Origin: Malacoraja senta
Taxonomy: Eukaryota
DNA: 64,000 nucleotides
NCBI GenBank assembly: GCA_038087875.1
Contig: CM075987.1
Location: 26,786,001-26,850,000, forward strand
Reading direction: 5' to 3'
Below, one piece after another: positions 37,570 through 49,830 of this stretch. The notes beneath the pieces were generated by a model, which worked only from the letters and a program-made list of their open reading frames with translations, searched no databases and had not been told where the DNA came from. The translations under genes and the position numbers were made by a program. Each line of letters begins with the position of its first letter. The first letter of the stretch is position 1.

Positions 37570-38419
37570 AGGTGGGTGGGCGGCGCGACTCACATCGCAG
37601 CGGCCTCTGCAGTCCGTCTGTCTTTTTTTATTTTTTGTCTCGTTTGAGTGTAGTGTATAGTGTGTTTTTTTAAACTGGGTATGTGTGGGTGGGGGGTGGG
37701 TGGGTAAACTTTTAAAATCTCTTCCCTGTATGGAGGACCCGACCTTTCTCTGTCGGGTCTCCGTTGTCGTTGGGGTCTAGCACCGTGGAGAGGCCTCCAA
37801 CCGGAACGACCTGGGGCTCCAGTCGCGGAGCCTGCGGACTTACTCACCATCGTGGAGCTGGCCGAGTTCGGAGCGTGGAGGAGCTGTGGTGGCGCGCTGC
37901 TGCTACCCGACCCTGGAGATTCGGAGGCTCCAGCCGCAGGTCTGGTGGACGGTGACATCGGGAGCTCGCGGGTCCCTGGTGGGAGACCGCTTTTCGGGGG
38001 CTCCCGCAACGGCAACTTCTCCCGCCCGAGTTGCGGGGTTGAAGATGACCTGGAGCTGGGTCTAACATCGCCCGGCGCGGCTTTAATGGCCGCGGGACTT
38101 GCTAGCGCTACCGGGGGCTCCAACATCAAGACCCGGAGGGCGGCCTTGCATCGCCCGGCGCGGCTTTGGTGGCCGCGGGACTTACTTACCATCGCCCGAC
38201 GGGGGCTTTGACTTTGACATCGGGAGGAGAATGGGGAGTGCATGGGAGAGATAAGACTTTGCCTTCCATCACAGCGAGGAGGAGATTCGCTGTGATGGAT
38301 GTTTGTGTAAATTGTGTTGTGTCTTGGTTCTTCTACTTGTTTGTATGACTGCAGAAACCGAATTTCGTTTGAACCTCAATGAGGTTCAAATGACAACAAA
38401 TAAATTGTATCATTGTATC
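37570..38419 (+). mobile_element. GC-rich non-coding element with Rex1-type 3' end, possibly full length
   Basis: Splits a Penelope fragment (GGAGTA | ACTCAGCGGG); hairpins 38266-38298 and 38368-38390; (TTGTATCA)n tail. Confidence 0.75.
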
Positions 38420-38952
38420 ACTCAGCGGGACAGGCAGCATCTCTGGAGAAAAGGGATAGGTGGCGTTTCCGGGTCGAGACCCTTCTACAGATTGTGAAAA
38501 TTCTTGAACAAAACACAAATTGCTGGGATAGCTCTATCAGGTCAGGCGGCATCTGTGGAGGAAATAGACCGCTGATCTGAACTCCGAACTAAAAACTCTT
38601 TAAAAACTGGTGAAATTCATTGCCACAGACGGCTGTGGAGGGGTCATTAAAACAGAGATTAATAGATACTTGATTAGTCACTGTTCCGAAGCTCGTGCGA
38701 GCTTCCTTCTGTTGAGTAGAAAGATAATCTGTGCTGTGAGTGAGCATTTGCTCGATGTGTCATCCGAGCCGAGGATCTGCTTCATCAGCAGATGATGTGT
38801 TAGATCATTGGTCACAGGTTCCTGGATCCTAGCCTGTTATTACGCACGATATAACGCATTCCTGCCGCTTCTGAAACCTTTGAATTGGTTTGTTATTTTA
38901 TGCACTGAAATAAATTTATGATTATCTTTAAAACAGGTCAAGATTATGTACA

Positions 38953-39094
38953 GGAAGGAACTGGAGACGCTGGTTTACACCGATGATAGACACAGAATGC
39001 TGGAGAAGGGTCTCGACCCGAAACGTCACCCATTCCTTCTCTCCAGAGATACTGCCTGTTCCGCGGAGTTACTCCAGCATTTTCTGTTTATCAT
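38953..39094. mobile_element. Penelope-derived fold-back mini-element
   Basis: 11-bp TSD GATTATGTACA at 38942-38952 and 39095-39105. Confidence 0.75.
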
Positions 39095-39139
39095 GATTAT
39101 GTACACTGCATAAAAGAAATATCATTAGTTTAGTTAAGT

Positions 39140-39780
39140 CATAGCAAAAGGATTTGAGTACAGGAGCAGGGAGGTTCTACTGCAGTTGTACAGGGTCTTG
39201 GTGAGACCACACCTGGAGTATTGCGTACAGTTTTGGTCTCCAAATCTGAGGAAAGACATTCTTTTCATAGAGGGAGTACAGAGAAGGTTCACCAGACTGA
39301 TTCCTGGGATGTCAGGACTTTCGTATGAAGAAAGACTGGATAGACTCGGCTTGTACTCGCTAGAATTTAGAAGCTTGAGGGGGGATCTTATAGAAACTTA
39401 CAAAATTCTTAAGGGGTTGGACAGGCTAGATGCAGGAAGATTGTTCCCGATGTTGGGGAAGTCCAGAACAAGGGGTCACAGTTTAAAGATAAAGGGGAAA
39501 TCTTTTAGGACCGAGATGAGAAAAACATTTTTCACACAGAGAGTGGTGAATCTCTGGAATTCTCTGCCACAGAGGGTAGTTGAGGCCAGTTCATTGGCTA
39601 TATTTAAGAGGGAGTTAGGTGTGGCCCTTGTGGCTAAAGGGATCAGGGGGTATGGAGAGAAGGCAGGTACGGGATACTGAGTTGGATGATCAGCCATGAT
39701 CATATTGAATGGCGGTGCAGGCTTGAAGGGCCGAATGGCCTACTCCTGCACCTTTTCTATGTTTCTATGTTTCTATGTTT
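39140..39780 (+). mobile_element. CR1 LINE 3' fragment with an unbroken ORF2 C-terminus
   Basis: [19 protein letters not shown]...GIRGYGEKAGTGY* (stop at 39680); (TTTCTATG)n tail. Confidence 0.95.
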
Positions 39781-39789
39781 AGTTTTCAT

Positions 39790-40055
39790 TTAGAGATACA
39801 GCGCCGAAATAGGCCCTTTGGCCCACTGATTCCGCGCCGACCAGCGACCCCCGCACACTAACACTACCCTACACACACGAGGAACAATTTACAAGTACAC
39901 CAAGCCAATTAACCGACAAACCTGTAGCTCGGAGAAAACCCACGCAGGTCACGGGGAGAACGTACAAACTCCACATAGACAGCACCCGTAGTCAGGATCG
40001 AACCTGGGTCTCTGGCGCTGTGAGGCAGCAACTCTACCGCTGCGCCACCGTGCCA
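39790..40055 (-). mobile_element. HE1-like V-SINE
   Basis: Boxes A and B; internal deletion. Confidence 0.85.
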
Positions 40056-40407
40056 CCGCTATATATATATTTGTTAAATAATTTTCTAACAGGAATGCTG
40101 TCAAATCAGTGTGCAGGTAAAATAAGGTCACTTGAAATACTATTACATTCAGCCAGTGGTTTAACACTATTATTAATCAGTGTCGGCAGATAGGACCACA
40201 GGAAGTTTTTGAGAATGCATGAGTTTCGATCATATGCTTTTTGATCTCATAGTGAAAAATACAAACCTTGCATAACTTGGCTTGATTATTACTCTTCCAA
40301 CTGTTCAAACTCAGTGGATTAGAAAATTGCAAATCCTTTCACCTTAACGATAATGATTTTCATCTCGTTGATAGTGAGGGCACTAACTAAAGCCTTGACG
40401 CTTTGAA

Positions 40408-41103
40408 GTTTAGTTTAGAGATACAGCGCGGAGACAGGCCCTTTGGCCCACCGAGTCCCCACCGACCAGCGATCCCCGCACACTAACGCTATCCTACACA
40501 CACTAGAGACCATTTACACATACTCCAAGCCAATTAACCTACAAACCTGTACGTCTTTGGAGTGTGGGAGGAAACCGGAACACCCGGAGAAAACCCACGC
40601 AGGTCACTGGGAGAACGTGCAAACTCTGTACAGACAGCACCGTAGTCAGGATCAACTCTAACGTCACGCCACTGTGTCACCCTGAAAGGATCAAGGTTGT
40701 CTAGCCTTCTGTGGCAAAGATTTTCACAGATTCACCACCCTCTGACTAAAGAAATTCCTCCTCATCCTCTTCCTGAACAAGGAACGTCCTTTAATTCTGA
40801 GGCTATGACCTCTAGTCCTAGACTCTCCCACCAGTGGAAACACCCTCTCCACATCCACTCTATCCAAGCCTTTCACTATTCGGTAAGTTTCAATGAGGTC
40901 CCCCCCTCGTTCTTCTAAACTCCAGCGAGTACAGGCCCAGTGCCGTCAAACGCTCATCATAGGTTAACCCACTCATTCCTGAGATCATTCTTGTAAACCT
41001 CCTCTGGACCCTCTCCAGAGTCAGCACATCCTTCCTCAGATATGAGGCCCAAAATTGCACACAATACTCCAAATGCAGCCTGACCAGCGCCTTGTAGAGC
41101 CTG
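40408..41103 (-). mobile_element. V-SINE (40408-40660) and CR1 type D fragment (40703-41103)
   Basis: [38 protein letters not shown]. Confidence 0.85.
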
Positions 41104-41302
41104 AGTAGAATTCCCAACCAATGTAATAAATGAAATTTGTAACAGCGTGAATATAATGCAGTGTTAAGTCGTGTCAACACTTCATTCTCAAACATGCTGA
41201 ATGTATAATTAATAGACTAATTTGCCTTCTTACTGAAAGGAAAGGAAAATAAAATAAAATGAACTTTTTTTTTACCGTGGTCATTTGTAAATGATTCAGA
41301 TC

Positions 41303-41557
41303 TTTAATAGGAATCTGAGGGGTAACTTTTTCACACAGAGGGTGGTGGGTGTATGGAACGAGCAGCCAGAGGAGATGGTTGAGGCTGGGACTATCCCAAT
41401 GTTTAAGAAACAGTTAGACAGGTACATGGATAGGACAGGTTTTGAGCGATATGGACCAAATGCAGGCAGGTGGGACGTGTAACTGGGACATGTTGGCCGG
41501 TGTGGGCAAGCTGGGCCAAAGGGCCTGTTTCCACACTGTATCACTCTATGACTCTAT
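41303..41557 (+). mobile_element. CR1 LINE 3' end, type A
   Basis: FNRNLRGNFFTQRVVGVWNE; CTCTATGACTCTAT tail. Confidence 0.9.
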
Positions 41558-42989
41558 CTCAGTGAGGGATATCAGGAGTAAATGAAAAAGGAGAAAAGGA
41601 ATAAACAAATATGCATATTGTGTGGGAAATAACTGCAGGTGTTGGCTTAAACTGAAGATAGACACAAAAAGCTGGAGTGACTCAGTGGGACAGGCAGCAT
41701 CTCTGGAGACGGGTGTCAGCCTCCTCTTGCAGCTATTTTCTATGTTTCTATTTTTCTAACTGCATGAGAAGCAGTTTTGATTCACGCCGTCCTTAGTAAA
41801 CAGTAAACATGTTTTTAAAAAAAGGAATGGGTGACGTTTCGGGTCGAGACCCTTCTTCAGACTGAGGGTCAGGGGAAAGGGATTGATTGACAGATGCAAA
41901 ACGGAAACAGGCCCGTTGGCTTATGCCAACCATCAATCACCTGTTCACGCTAGTTCCATGTAAGCCCACTTTTACCTCTATCCCCAACACACTTGGAGCA
42001 ATTTACAGAGGCCAATTAACCTACAAATGTGCAGGAATAAGGAACTTTAGCAAGGAAAGACACAAAATGCTGGAGTAAGTCGACGGGTCAAGCAGCATCC
42101 TTGGAGAAAAAGGATGGGTGACATTTGAGGTCAAGACTCTTCTTCAAAGCCTCACGTCTTTAGGACAAGCGAGGAAAAAAACGGAGCACCCGGCGGAAAC
42201 CGGTGTGGTTATGGGGAGGCCGTGCAAACTCCACATAGACAGGAGCCGAGGTCAGGATCGAACCTGGTTCTCTGGTGCTGTGAGGCAGCATCTCATGGAA
42301 ACATAGAAGCATAGAAAAATAGATGCAGGAGTAGGCCATTCAGTCCCTCGAGCCAGTCAACGGGTCAAGGAGCATCTTTGGAGAACAAGGATAGGTGACA
42401 TTTGAGGTCAAGACCCTTCTTCAAAGCTTCACACAGACAGGAGCCGAGGTCAGGATCGAACCTGGTTCTCTGGCGCTGTGAGGCAGCATCTCATGGAAAC
42501 ATCGAAACATAGAAAAATAGGTGCAGGAGTAGGCCATTCGGTCCCTCGAGCCAGCACCGCCATTCAATATGATCATGGCTGATTATCTAAAATTGGGGAG
42601 GGGTTTCGACCAGAGACGTTGCCTATTTCCTTCGCTCCATAGATGCTGCCTCACCCGCTGAGTTTCTCCAGCATTTTTGTCTACCATCTAAAATTGGTAC
42701 CTCGTTCCTGCTTTCTCCCCATATCCCTGGATTCCTTTAGCCCTCAGAGCTATATCTAACTCTCTCTTGAATACATCCAGTGAATGTGCCTCCACTGCCT
42801 TCTGTGGCAAAGAATTCTCTACACGCCACTATGCCACCTCCTGCTTATTGCGCTAAAGTGATTAACCTTGGCGCAGTATGCCCTGAAGGCTAAAAGACAT
42901 CTGCAGTCTCTTGACATTTGAAATGATATCTGCAGTCTCTCACTTCGATTTTAATTCTTACTTGCTTAAAAAAAATTCTTCAGAGACGC

Positions 42990-43420
42990 TGTCTTCTATT
43001 GACTCCATCTGCACCTCACGCTGCCTCGGCAAGGCCAGCAGCATAATCAAGGACGAGTCGCACCCTGGCCACTCCCTCTTCTCCCCTCTCCCATAGGGAA
43101 AAAGGTACAGAAGTGTGAAAACGCACACCTCCAGATTCAGGGACAGTTTCTTCCCGGCTGTTATCAGGCAACTGAACCATCCTACCAACAACCAGAGAGC
43201 AGTCCTGAACTACTATCTACCTCATTGGTGATCCTGGAACAATCCTTGATCGGACTTTGTTGGCTTTACCTTGCACTAAACGTTATTCCCTTATCATGTA
43301 ACCGTACACTGTGGATGGATCGATTGTGATCTTGTTTTGTCTTTCCGCTAACTGGTTAGCACGCAACAAAAGTTTTTCACTGTACCTCGGTGCACGTGAC
43401 AATAAACTAAACTGAACTGA
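42990..43420 (+). mobile_element. Rex1/Babar LINE 3' fragment
   Basis: SRCLGKASSIIKDESHPGHSLFSPLP; TGACAATAAACTAAACTGAACT end. Confidence 0.85.
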
Positions 43421-43744
43421 ACCTGTTGAGTTAATCCAGCATTTTGTGTCTATCTTCGGTATAAACCTGCATCTGCAGGTCCTTCCTACACATTGAGACG
43501 TCACCTGCAACTAAGCCTCTGTAGATACTGCCTGGTCCATTGAGTTCCTCCACCATTTTGATTTTATGCTCGAGATATTAGCATCTGCACTCTCTTGTGC
43601 CTCTATGGAAGCATTGCAACTTTCCTTCTTTCCTAGTTTCTTATCTTTGGATCATGATAAAGATAATATTAATGTCTTTATGATTTTTTTGCTTGTGTCT
43701 ATCTGATAACGTTAGCTGGCATTCAGTCACAGAAACAGCGGGTG

Positions 43745-44115
43745 GCGAGGTGGCGCAGCGGTAGAGTTGCTGCCTCACAGCGTCAGAGACCCGGGTTCGA
43801 TCCTGACTAGAGGTGCTGTTTGTACAGAGTTTGTACGTTCTCCCCGTGACCTGCGTGGGTTTTCTCCAGGAGCTCCGGTTTCCTCCCTCACTCCAAAGAC
43901 GTGCAGGTTTGTAGGTTAAATGGCTTTGGTAGTATTGCATATTGTCCCCAGTGTGTGTAGGATTCAAGTGGCCCAATGTCCCTGTTTCTGCGCTGTATCT
44001 GTAACAAGTGTAAATGTTCCCTTCTGTTTTGTGTTTGCTTGTGTACAGGGTGATCGCTGGTGGGCGTGGGCCGTAGGGGCTGATTCCACGCTGTATCTCT
44101 AAACTAAACTAAACT
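43745..44115 (+). mobile_element. HE1-like V-SINE
   Basis: Boxes A and B, V domain, tail. Confidence 0.85.
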
Positions 44116-44434
44116 CAACAGAGGAATGGGCTTTGAAGCAGCTGAATTCAACTCATGCTCCAAGTTCTTTTGGGTGTGTGCCAATGTATCAAAAAATTCT
44201 CTATTCCTTCGAAAAGGAGAACTGGTCTCAAGCATATTATTAATTAATCTGCTGTGCAAAATTGAAACAGGTGTTTCAAATGTATAAACTGCATCTAATT
44301 AACATTTTGACAATGAAGATATTTATGACATGAATTAGGATGATATCATTGAGATTACTTCAAACACACACAGGCTGTTCTGATTCTTCAATGGTTCAAT
44401 ATTTTATTGTCACTGAGGTACAGTGAAATGCTTC

Positions 44435-44985
44435 GGGGCGACACGGTAGAGCAGCGGTAGAGTTGCTGCCTCACAGCGCCAGAGACCCGGGTTCGATCCT
44501 GACTACGGGTGCTGTCTGTACGGAGTTTGTACCTTCACAGTTTAAGAATAAGGAGTAAGCCATTTAGAACGGAGGCGAGGAAACACTTTTTCTCACAGAG
44601 AGTGGTGAGTCTGTGGAATTCTCTGCCTCAGAGGGCGGTGGAGGCGGGTTCTCTGGATGCTTTCAAGAGAGAGCTAGATAGGGCTCTTAAAGACAGGGGA
44701 TATGGGGACAAGGCAGGAACGGGATACTGATTGGGGATGATCAGCCATGATCACATTGAATGGCGGTGCTGGCTCGAAGGGCCGAATGGCCTACTCCTGC
44801 ACCTATTGTCTATTGTCTATTGTCTATTGTTCTCCCCGTGACCTGCGTGGGTTTTTCTCCGAGATCTTCGGTTTCCTCCCAAACTCCAAAGAAACACAGG
44901 TTTGTAGGTTCATTGGCTTTGGTATAATTGTAAATTGTCCCTAGTGTGTGTAGGATAGTGTTAGTGTGTGGGGATCGCTGGTCGG
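44435..44985 (+). mobile_element. V-SINE with nested CR1 type C 3' end (about 44535-44829, CTATTGT tail)
   Basis: HSLRIRSKPFRTEARKHFFSQRVVSLWNSLP inside the V domain. Confidence 0.85.
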
Positions 44986-45572
44986 ATATTACTGAATCAC
45001 ACTCAGCAGGCCAGTCCCTTCAAAACTGCTGAGTTTCTCCAGCACTTTGTTTTGCACTCAGGATTCCAGCATCTCTTGTGTGTCCTGTCCTGTCCTGTCT
45101 CAAAGATCGTTTACTTCAGAGGGAGATGAGAATATCGTGATCGTGGCACATTGGCGCAGCGGTTGACTAGGTCATTCCCTTCAATACTGTTCAGCCCTAT
45201 TCATAGCCACAACTATCCATTGCATGATATGAGACAACACTATCGCAGAATTAGACATTTCAATCGTTATTTTATATTCTAAATCATAATAGTTTATTGC
45301 TGGTTGTAGACAAAACTGCCCATACGCAGTTGGATTCCAATTTGGTTCACAACATCATCGCAGTTAAAAACAACTTAAATTTATCCAGGAAAATCGCAAC
45401 GCACTTAACATATAACGTGGTAGTTCGAGACACAATAACCTCCGTGATGTGAGCTGAGGAAATCATGCATTTAAACCACAATTAAAATAACAGCCAAGGG
45501 AATCACTGCCAATATGCCAAGAGCCTTATTATATATAGCATGTTATTTCAAACATCAACTTCTACACCACAA

Positions 45573-45872
45573 GGGCGGCACGGTGGTGCAGCGGTAGAGT
45601 TGCTGCCTCACAGCGCCAGAGACCCGGGTTCCATCCCGACTACGGGTGCGGAGTTTGTACGTTCTCTCCCCGTGACCTGCGTGGGTTTTCTCCGGGATCT
45701 CCGGTTTCCTCCCACAATCCAAAGACGTGCAGGTTTGTAGGTTAGTATGGCTTTGGTATAAGTGTAAATTGTCCCTAGCGAGTGTAGGATAGTGTTTAGT
45801 GTGCAGGGATCGCTGGTCGGTGTGGACTCGGTGGGCTGTTTCTGCGCTGTATCTCCGAACTAAACTAAACTG
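45573..45872 (+). mobile_element. HE1-like V-SINE
   Basis: Boxes A and B, V domain, tail. Confidence 0.9.
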
Positions 45873-46264
45873 AAGTGCAATTTAGCAACGCTTTAAGGAC
45901 ATGTTAACATCAAAAATCGTGCTGGGATCAACAGAATTTTTAGTTCTTTCTGGCAGTAGAATTTCAGTGGAGTTCCTTTATTTCAATCAGATTTAGATTA
46001 CTAATTACCAAACAAATCTCAGAGTTTAATAGTTGGCTGGCTTAAGGCAGCTATTTCATTCCCATTACCACATAGAATATTTTATGTTCACTTCATTCTT
46101 TCTTTCAACCAGGTTATTAAAATGTGAGTGATTATGAATGGTTAGAATTGGTCTCATAATATTCCTTTTATATCGCATGAAATCTTCAAGCAACCTCACA
46201 ACCCTCACAGTTGTAGGCATAACACCGTCTGTTATGAAATGAATTCTCAGTCTGCAGGCTCAGT

Positions 46265-46536
46265 TAAGTTTAGTTTAGAGATACAGCGCGGTAAAAGGTC
46301 CTTCGGCCCTCCGAGTCCGCGCCAACCAGCGATCCCCGCACGTTAACACTACCCTACACACACTAGGGACAATTTACAATTTTTACCGAAGCCAATTAGC
46401 TTACAACCTCTACGTCTTTGGAGTGTGGAGACCGGAGTACCCAGAGAAAGCAACACGCAGGTCACGGGGAGACCATGCAAACTCCGTACAGACAGCACCC
46501 GTAGTCAGGATCGAACCCGGGTCTCTGGCGCTGTAA
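46265..46536 (-). mobile_element. HE1-like V-SINE, split; its head continues at 50255-50270
   Basis: ...CTGGCGCTG-TAA | TAA-GGCAGCAACTCTACC. Confidence 0.8.
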
Positions 46537-46674
46537 AGGACCTCTTCCACTGACGCGACTGTTTAGCGACTGTCTTCGACCGGTCGATCCAGCTCGAGGG
46601 CACTCGCCTGAAAAACCTCGAGCTAGATCGACCGTCAGCGATGAAACCGCGAGCCGGATCGACCATCTGCACAA

Positions 46675-47002
<328 letters not shown>

Positions 47003-47137
47003 ATCGCAAAGGTGAGGGCCAGGGAAAGCGGGGGAGCGCTGTCTGAAATTCACACCCGCGATGAACAGGAAGGTGAAAGACGGCTGGCACAGTTCGGTAA
47101 CTCCTTTAGAGAGCGTGGAGGGGGGGTGGGGGGTAGA

Positions 47138-48298
47138 GAATCAGAATCAGAATCAGAATCAGAATGCTTTATTGTCATTGCATGTGTCACATGCAACGAG
47201 ATTACTGTGTCTCTCCATTTAAAAGAACTTCAAACATTCACATACTCATACTTTTTACAGTCCCTCCCTCCCCAAACCCACCCATGGATTCACATTTACA
47301 TAAATTAACACTGTCTCCCACCCCCCCTCCTTCCCCATGACCCGCTCCCGAGACAGAGTTCAGTTCCAAGATTGCTGATGGATAAAAGCTGTTCTTGAGT
47401 CTGGCAGTGCGTGACTTTAGCGACCTGTACCATTTTCCTGAGGGCAGCAGTGTGAAAAGGTGGTGACAAGGATGTGTAGTGTCTTTCACGATATTACAGG
47501 TCCTGCTGCGGCATCTGGAGTGGTAAATGTCCTCCAGAGGGGGGGGGCAGGGGGAGTCCAATGATACCCTGGGCAGTTTTTATCACCCTCTGGAGAGCTG
47601 CTCTGTCAGCTGCTGAACAGTTCCCAAACCAGGCAGTTATACAGTAAGTCAGTATGCTTTCTACCGAACAGCGCTAGAAAGACTCCAGCAGTTTAGCAGA
47701 CAGATGGGCCTTCCTCAGTGTTCTGAGGAAGTAAAGTCTCTGTTGCGCCTTTTTGACAACTACAGCAGAGTTCACAGACCAAGATCCTCACTGATGTTGA
47801 TCCCCAGAAATTTAAAACTAGGCACCCTCTCCACTTCCTCGCCCCCTATCTCCAGTGGCCTGAGCTCCGCTCTATGTCGCCTGAAATCAGTGATGATCTC
47901 CTTTGTCTTTTTAGTGTTCAGAGAGAGATTGTTGGGAGCACACCACTCAGAAAGTCTGTGCACCTCCTCTCTATAGGCGTCCTCGTTCCCATTTGAGATG
48001 AGCCCCACCACGGTTGTATCGTCCGAAATTTTTTTATGATCCTATTTGCGGGGTGATGGGGCAAGCAGTCATGTGTGTATAGGGCGTAGAGGAGCGGACT
48101 GAGCACACAGCCCTGTGGTGCTCCTGTGTTGAGGGTCAGGGATGTCGAGGTGTAGGGTCCAAGTCTCACCGTCTGTGGGCCTTCACTGAGAAAGTCCAAT
48201 ATCCACCGACACAGTTGACTGCTGAGGCCAAGGTCTAGCATTTTTGTGATCAGCTTGCTGGGTATGATTGTATTAAAAGCGGAGCTGTAATCGACAAA
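47138..48298 (-). mobile_element. Rex1/Babar LINE, 5'-truncated, with inactivated RT domain
   Basis: [16 protein letters not shown]...[20 protein letters not shown]; frameshift in the F(A)DDTT motif near 48025; in-frame stop in LLESF*RC; (ATTCTG)n tail. Confidence 0.92.
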
Positions 48299-49830
48299 AA
48301 GGGGAGAGAAGGGGAGAGAAGGGGAGAGAAGGGGAGAGAAGGGGGGAGAAGGGGGGAGAAGGGGAGAGAAGGGGAGAGAAGGGGAGAGAAGGGGAGAGAA
48401 GGGGAGAGAAGGGGGGAGAAGGGGAGAGAAGGGGAGAGAAGGGGAGAGAAGGGGAGAGAAGGGGAGAGAAGGGGAGAGAAGGGGGGAGAAGGGGAGAGAA
48501 GGGGGGAGAAGGGGGGAGAAGGGCGGAGAAGGGGAGAGAAGGGGAGAGAAGGGGAGAGAAGGGGGGAGAAGGGTGGAGAAGGGTGGAGAAGGGGAGAGAA
48601 GGGGAGAGAAGGGGAGAGAAGGGGAGAGAAGGGGGGAGAAGGGGAGAGAAGGGGGGAGAAGGGGGGAGAAGGGGGGAGAAGGGCGGAGAAGGGGAGAGAA
48701 GGGGAGAGAAGGGGAGAGAAGGGGGGAGAAGGGTGGAGAAGGGTGGAGAAGGGGAGAGAAGGGGAGAGAAGGGGGGAGAAGGGTGGAGAAGGGTGGAGAA
48801 GGGTGGAGAAGGGGAGAGAAGGGGAGAGAAGGGGGGAGAAGGGTGGAGAAGGGTGGAGAAGGGGAGAGAAGGGGAGAGAAGGGGAGAGAAGGGGAGAGAA
48901 GGGGGGAGAAGGGGAGAGAAGGGGGGAGAAGGGGGGAGAAGGGCGGAGAAGGGGAGAGAAGGGGAGAGAAGGGGAGAGAAGGGGGGAGAAGGGTGGAGAA
49001 GGGTGGAGAAGGGGGGAGAAGGGCGGAGAAGGGGAGAGAAGGGGAGAGAAGGGGAGAGAAGGGGAGAGAAGGGGGGAGAAGGGGAGAGAAGGGGGGAGAA
49101 GGGGGGAGAAGGGCGGAGAAGGGAGAGAAGGGGAGAGAAGGGGAGAGAAGGGGGGAGAAGTTGAGAGAAGGGGAGAGAAGGGGAGAGAAGGGGGGAGAAG
49201 GGGAGAGAAGGGGAGAGAAGGGGGGAGAAGGGGAGAGAAGGGGGGAGAAGGGGAGAGAAGGGGGGAGAAGGGGGGAGAAGGGCGGAGAAGGGGAGAGAAG
49301 GGGAGAGAAGGGGAGAGAAGGGGGGAGAAGGGTGGAGAAGGGGAGAGAAGGGGAGAGAAGGGGAGAGAAGGGGAGAGAAGGGGAGAGAAGGGGGGAGAAG
49401 GGGAGAGAAGGGGGAGAACCGGAGAGAAGTTGAGAGAAGGGGAGAGAAGGGGAGAGAAGGGGGGAGAAGGGGGAGAGAAGGGGAGAGAAGGGGAGAGAAG
49501 GGGAGAGAAGGGGGGAGAAGGGGGGAGAAGGGGAGAGAAGGGGAGAGAAGGTGAGAGAAGGGGAGAGAAGTGGGGAGAAGGGGAGAGAAGGGGAGAGAAG
49601 TGGGGAGAAGGGGGGAGAAGGGGGGAGAAGGGGGAGAAGGGGGGAGTAGGGGGAGAAGGGGAGAGAATGAGGGAGAAGGGGGAGAAGGGGGGAGAAGGGG
49701 AGAGAAGTGGGGAGAAGGGGAGAGAAGGGGAGAGAAGTGGGGAGAAGGGGGGAGAAGGGGGAGAAGGGGAGAAGGGGGGAGTAGGGGGAGAAGGGGAGAG
49801 AATGAGGGAGAGGGGGAGAAGGGGGGAGAA
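48299..49830. repeat. Polypurine tandem array (GGGGAGAGAA)n, about 1.5 kb
   Basis: 10-bp unit with GGGGGG, GGGTGG and GGGCGG variants. Confidence 0.98.

Noticed and set aside
37590..38243. 217-aa minus-strand ORF
   Set aside because: Chance open frame in a GC-rich repeat; no recognisable protein
39186..39680. Intact 164-aa ORF as a possible domesticated gene
   Set aside because: Ordinary CR1 ORF2 C-terminus in a truncated copy with its native tail
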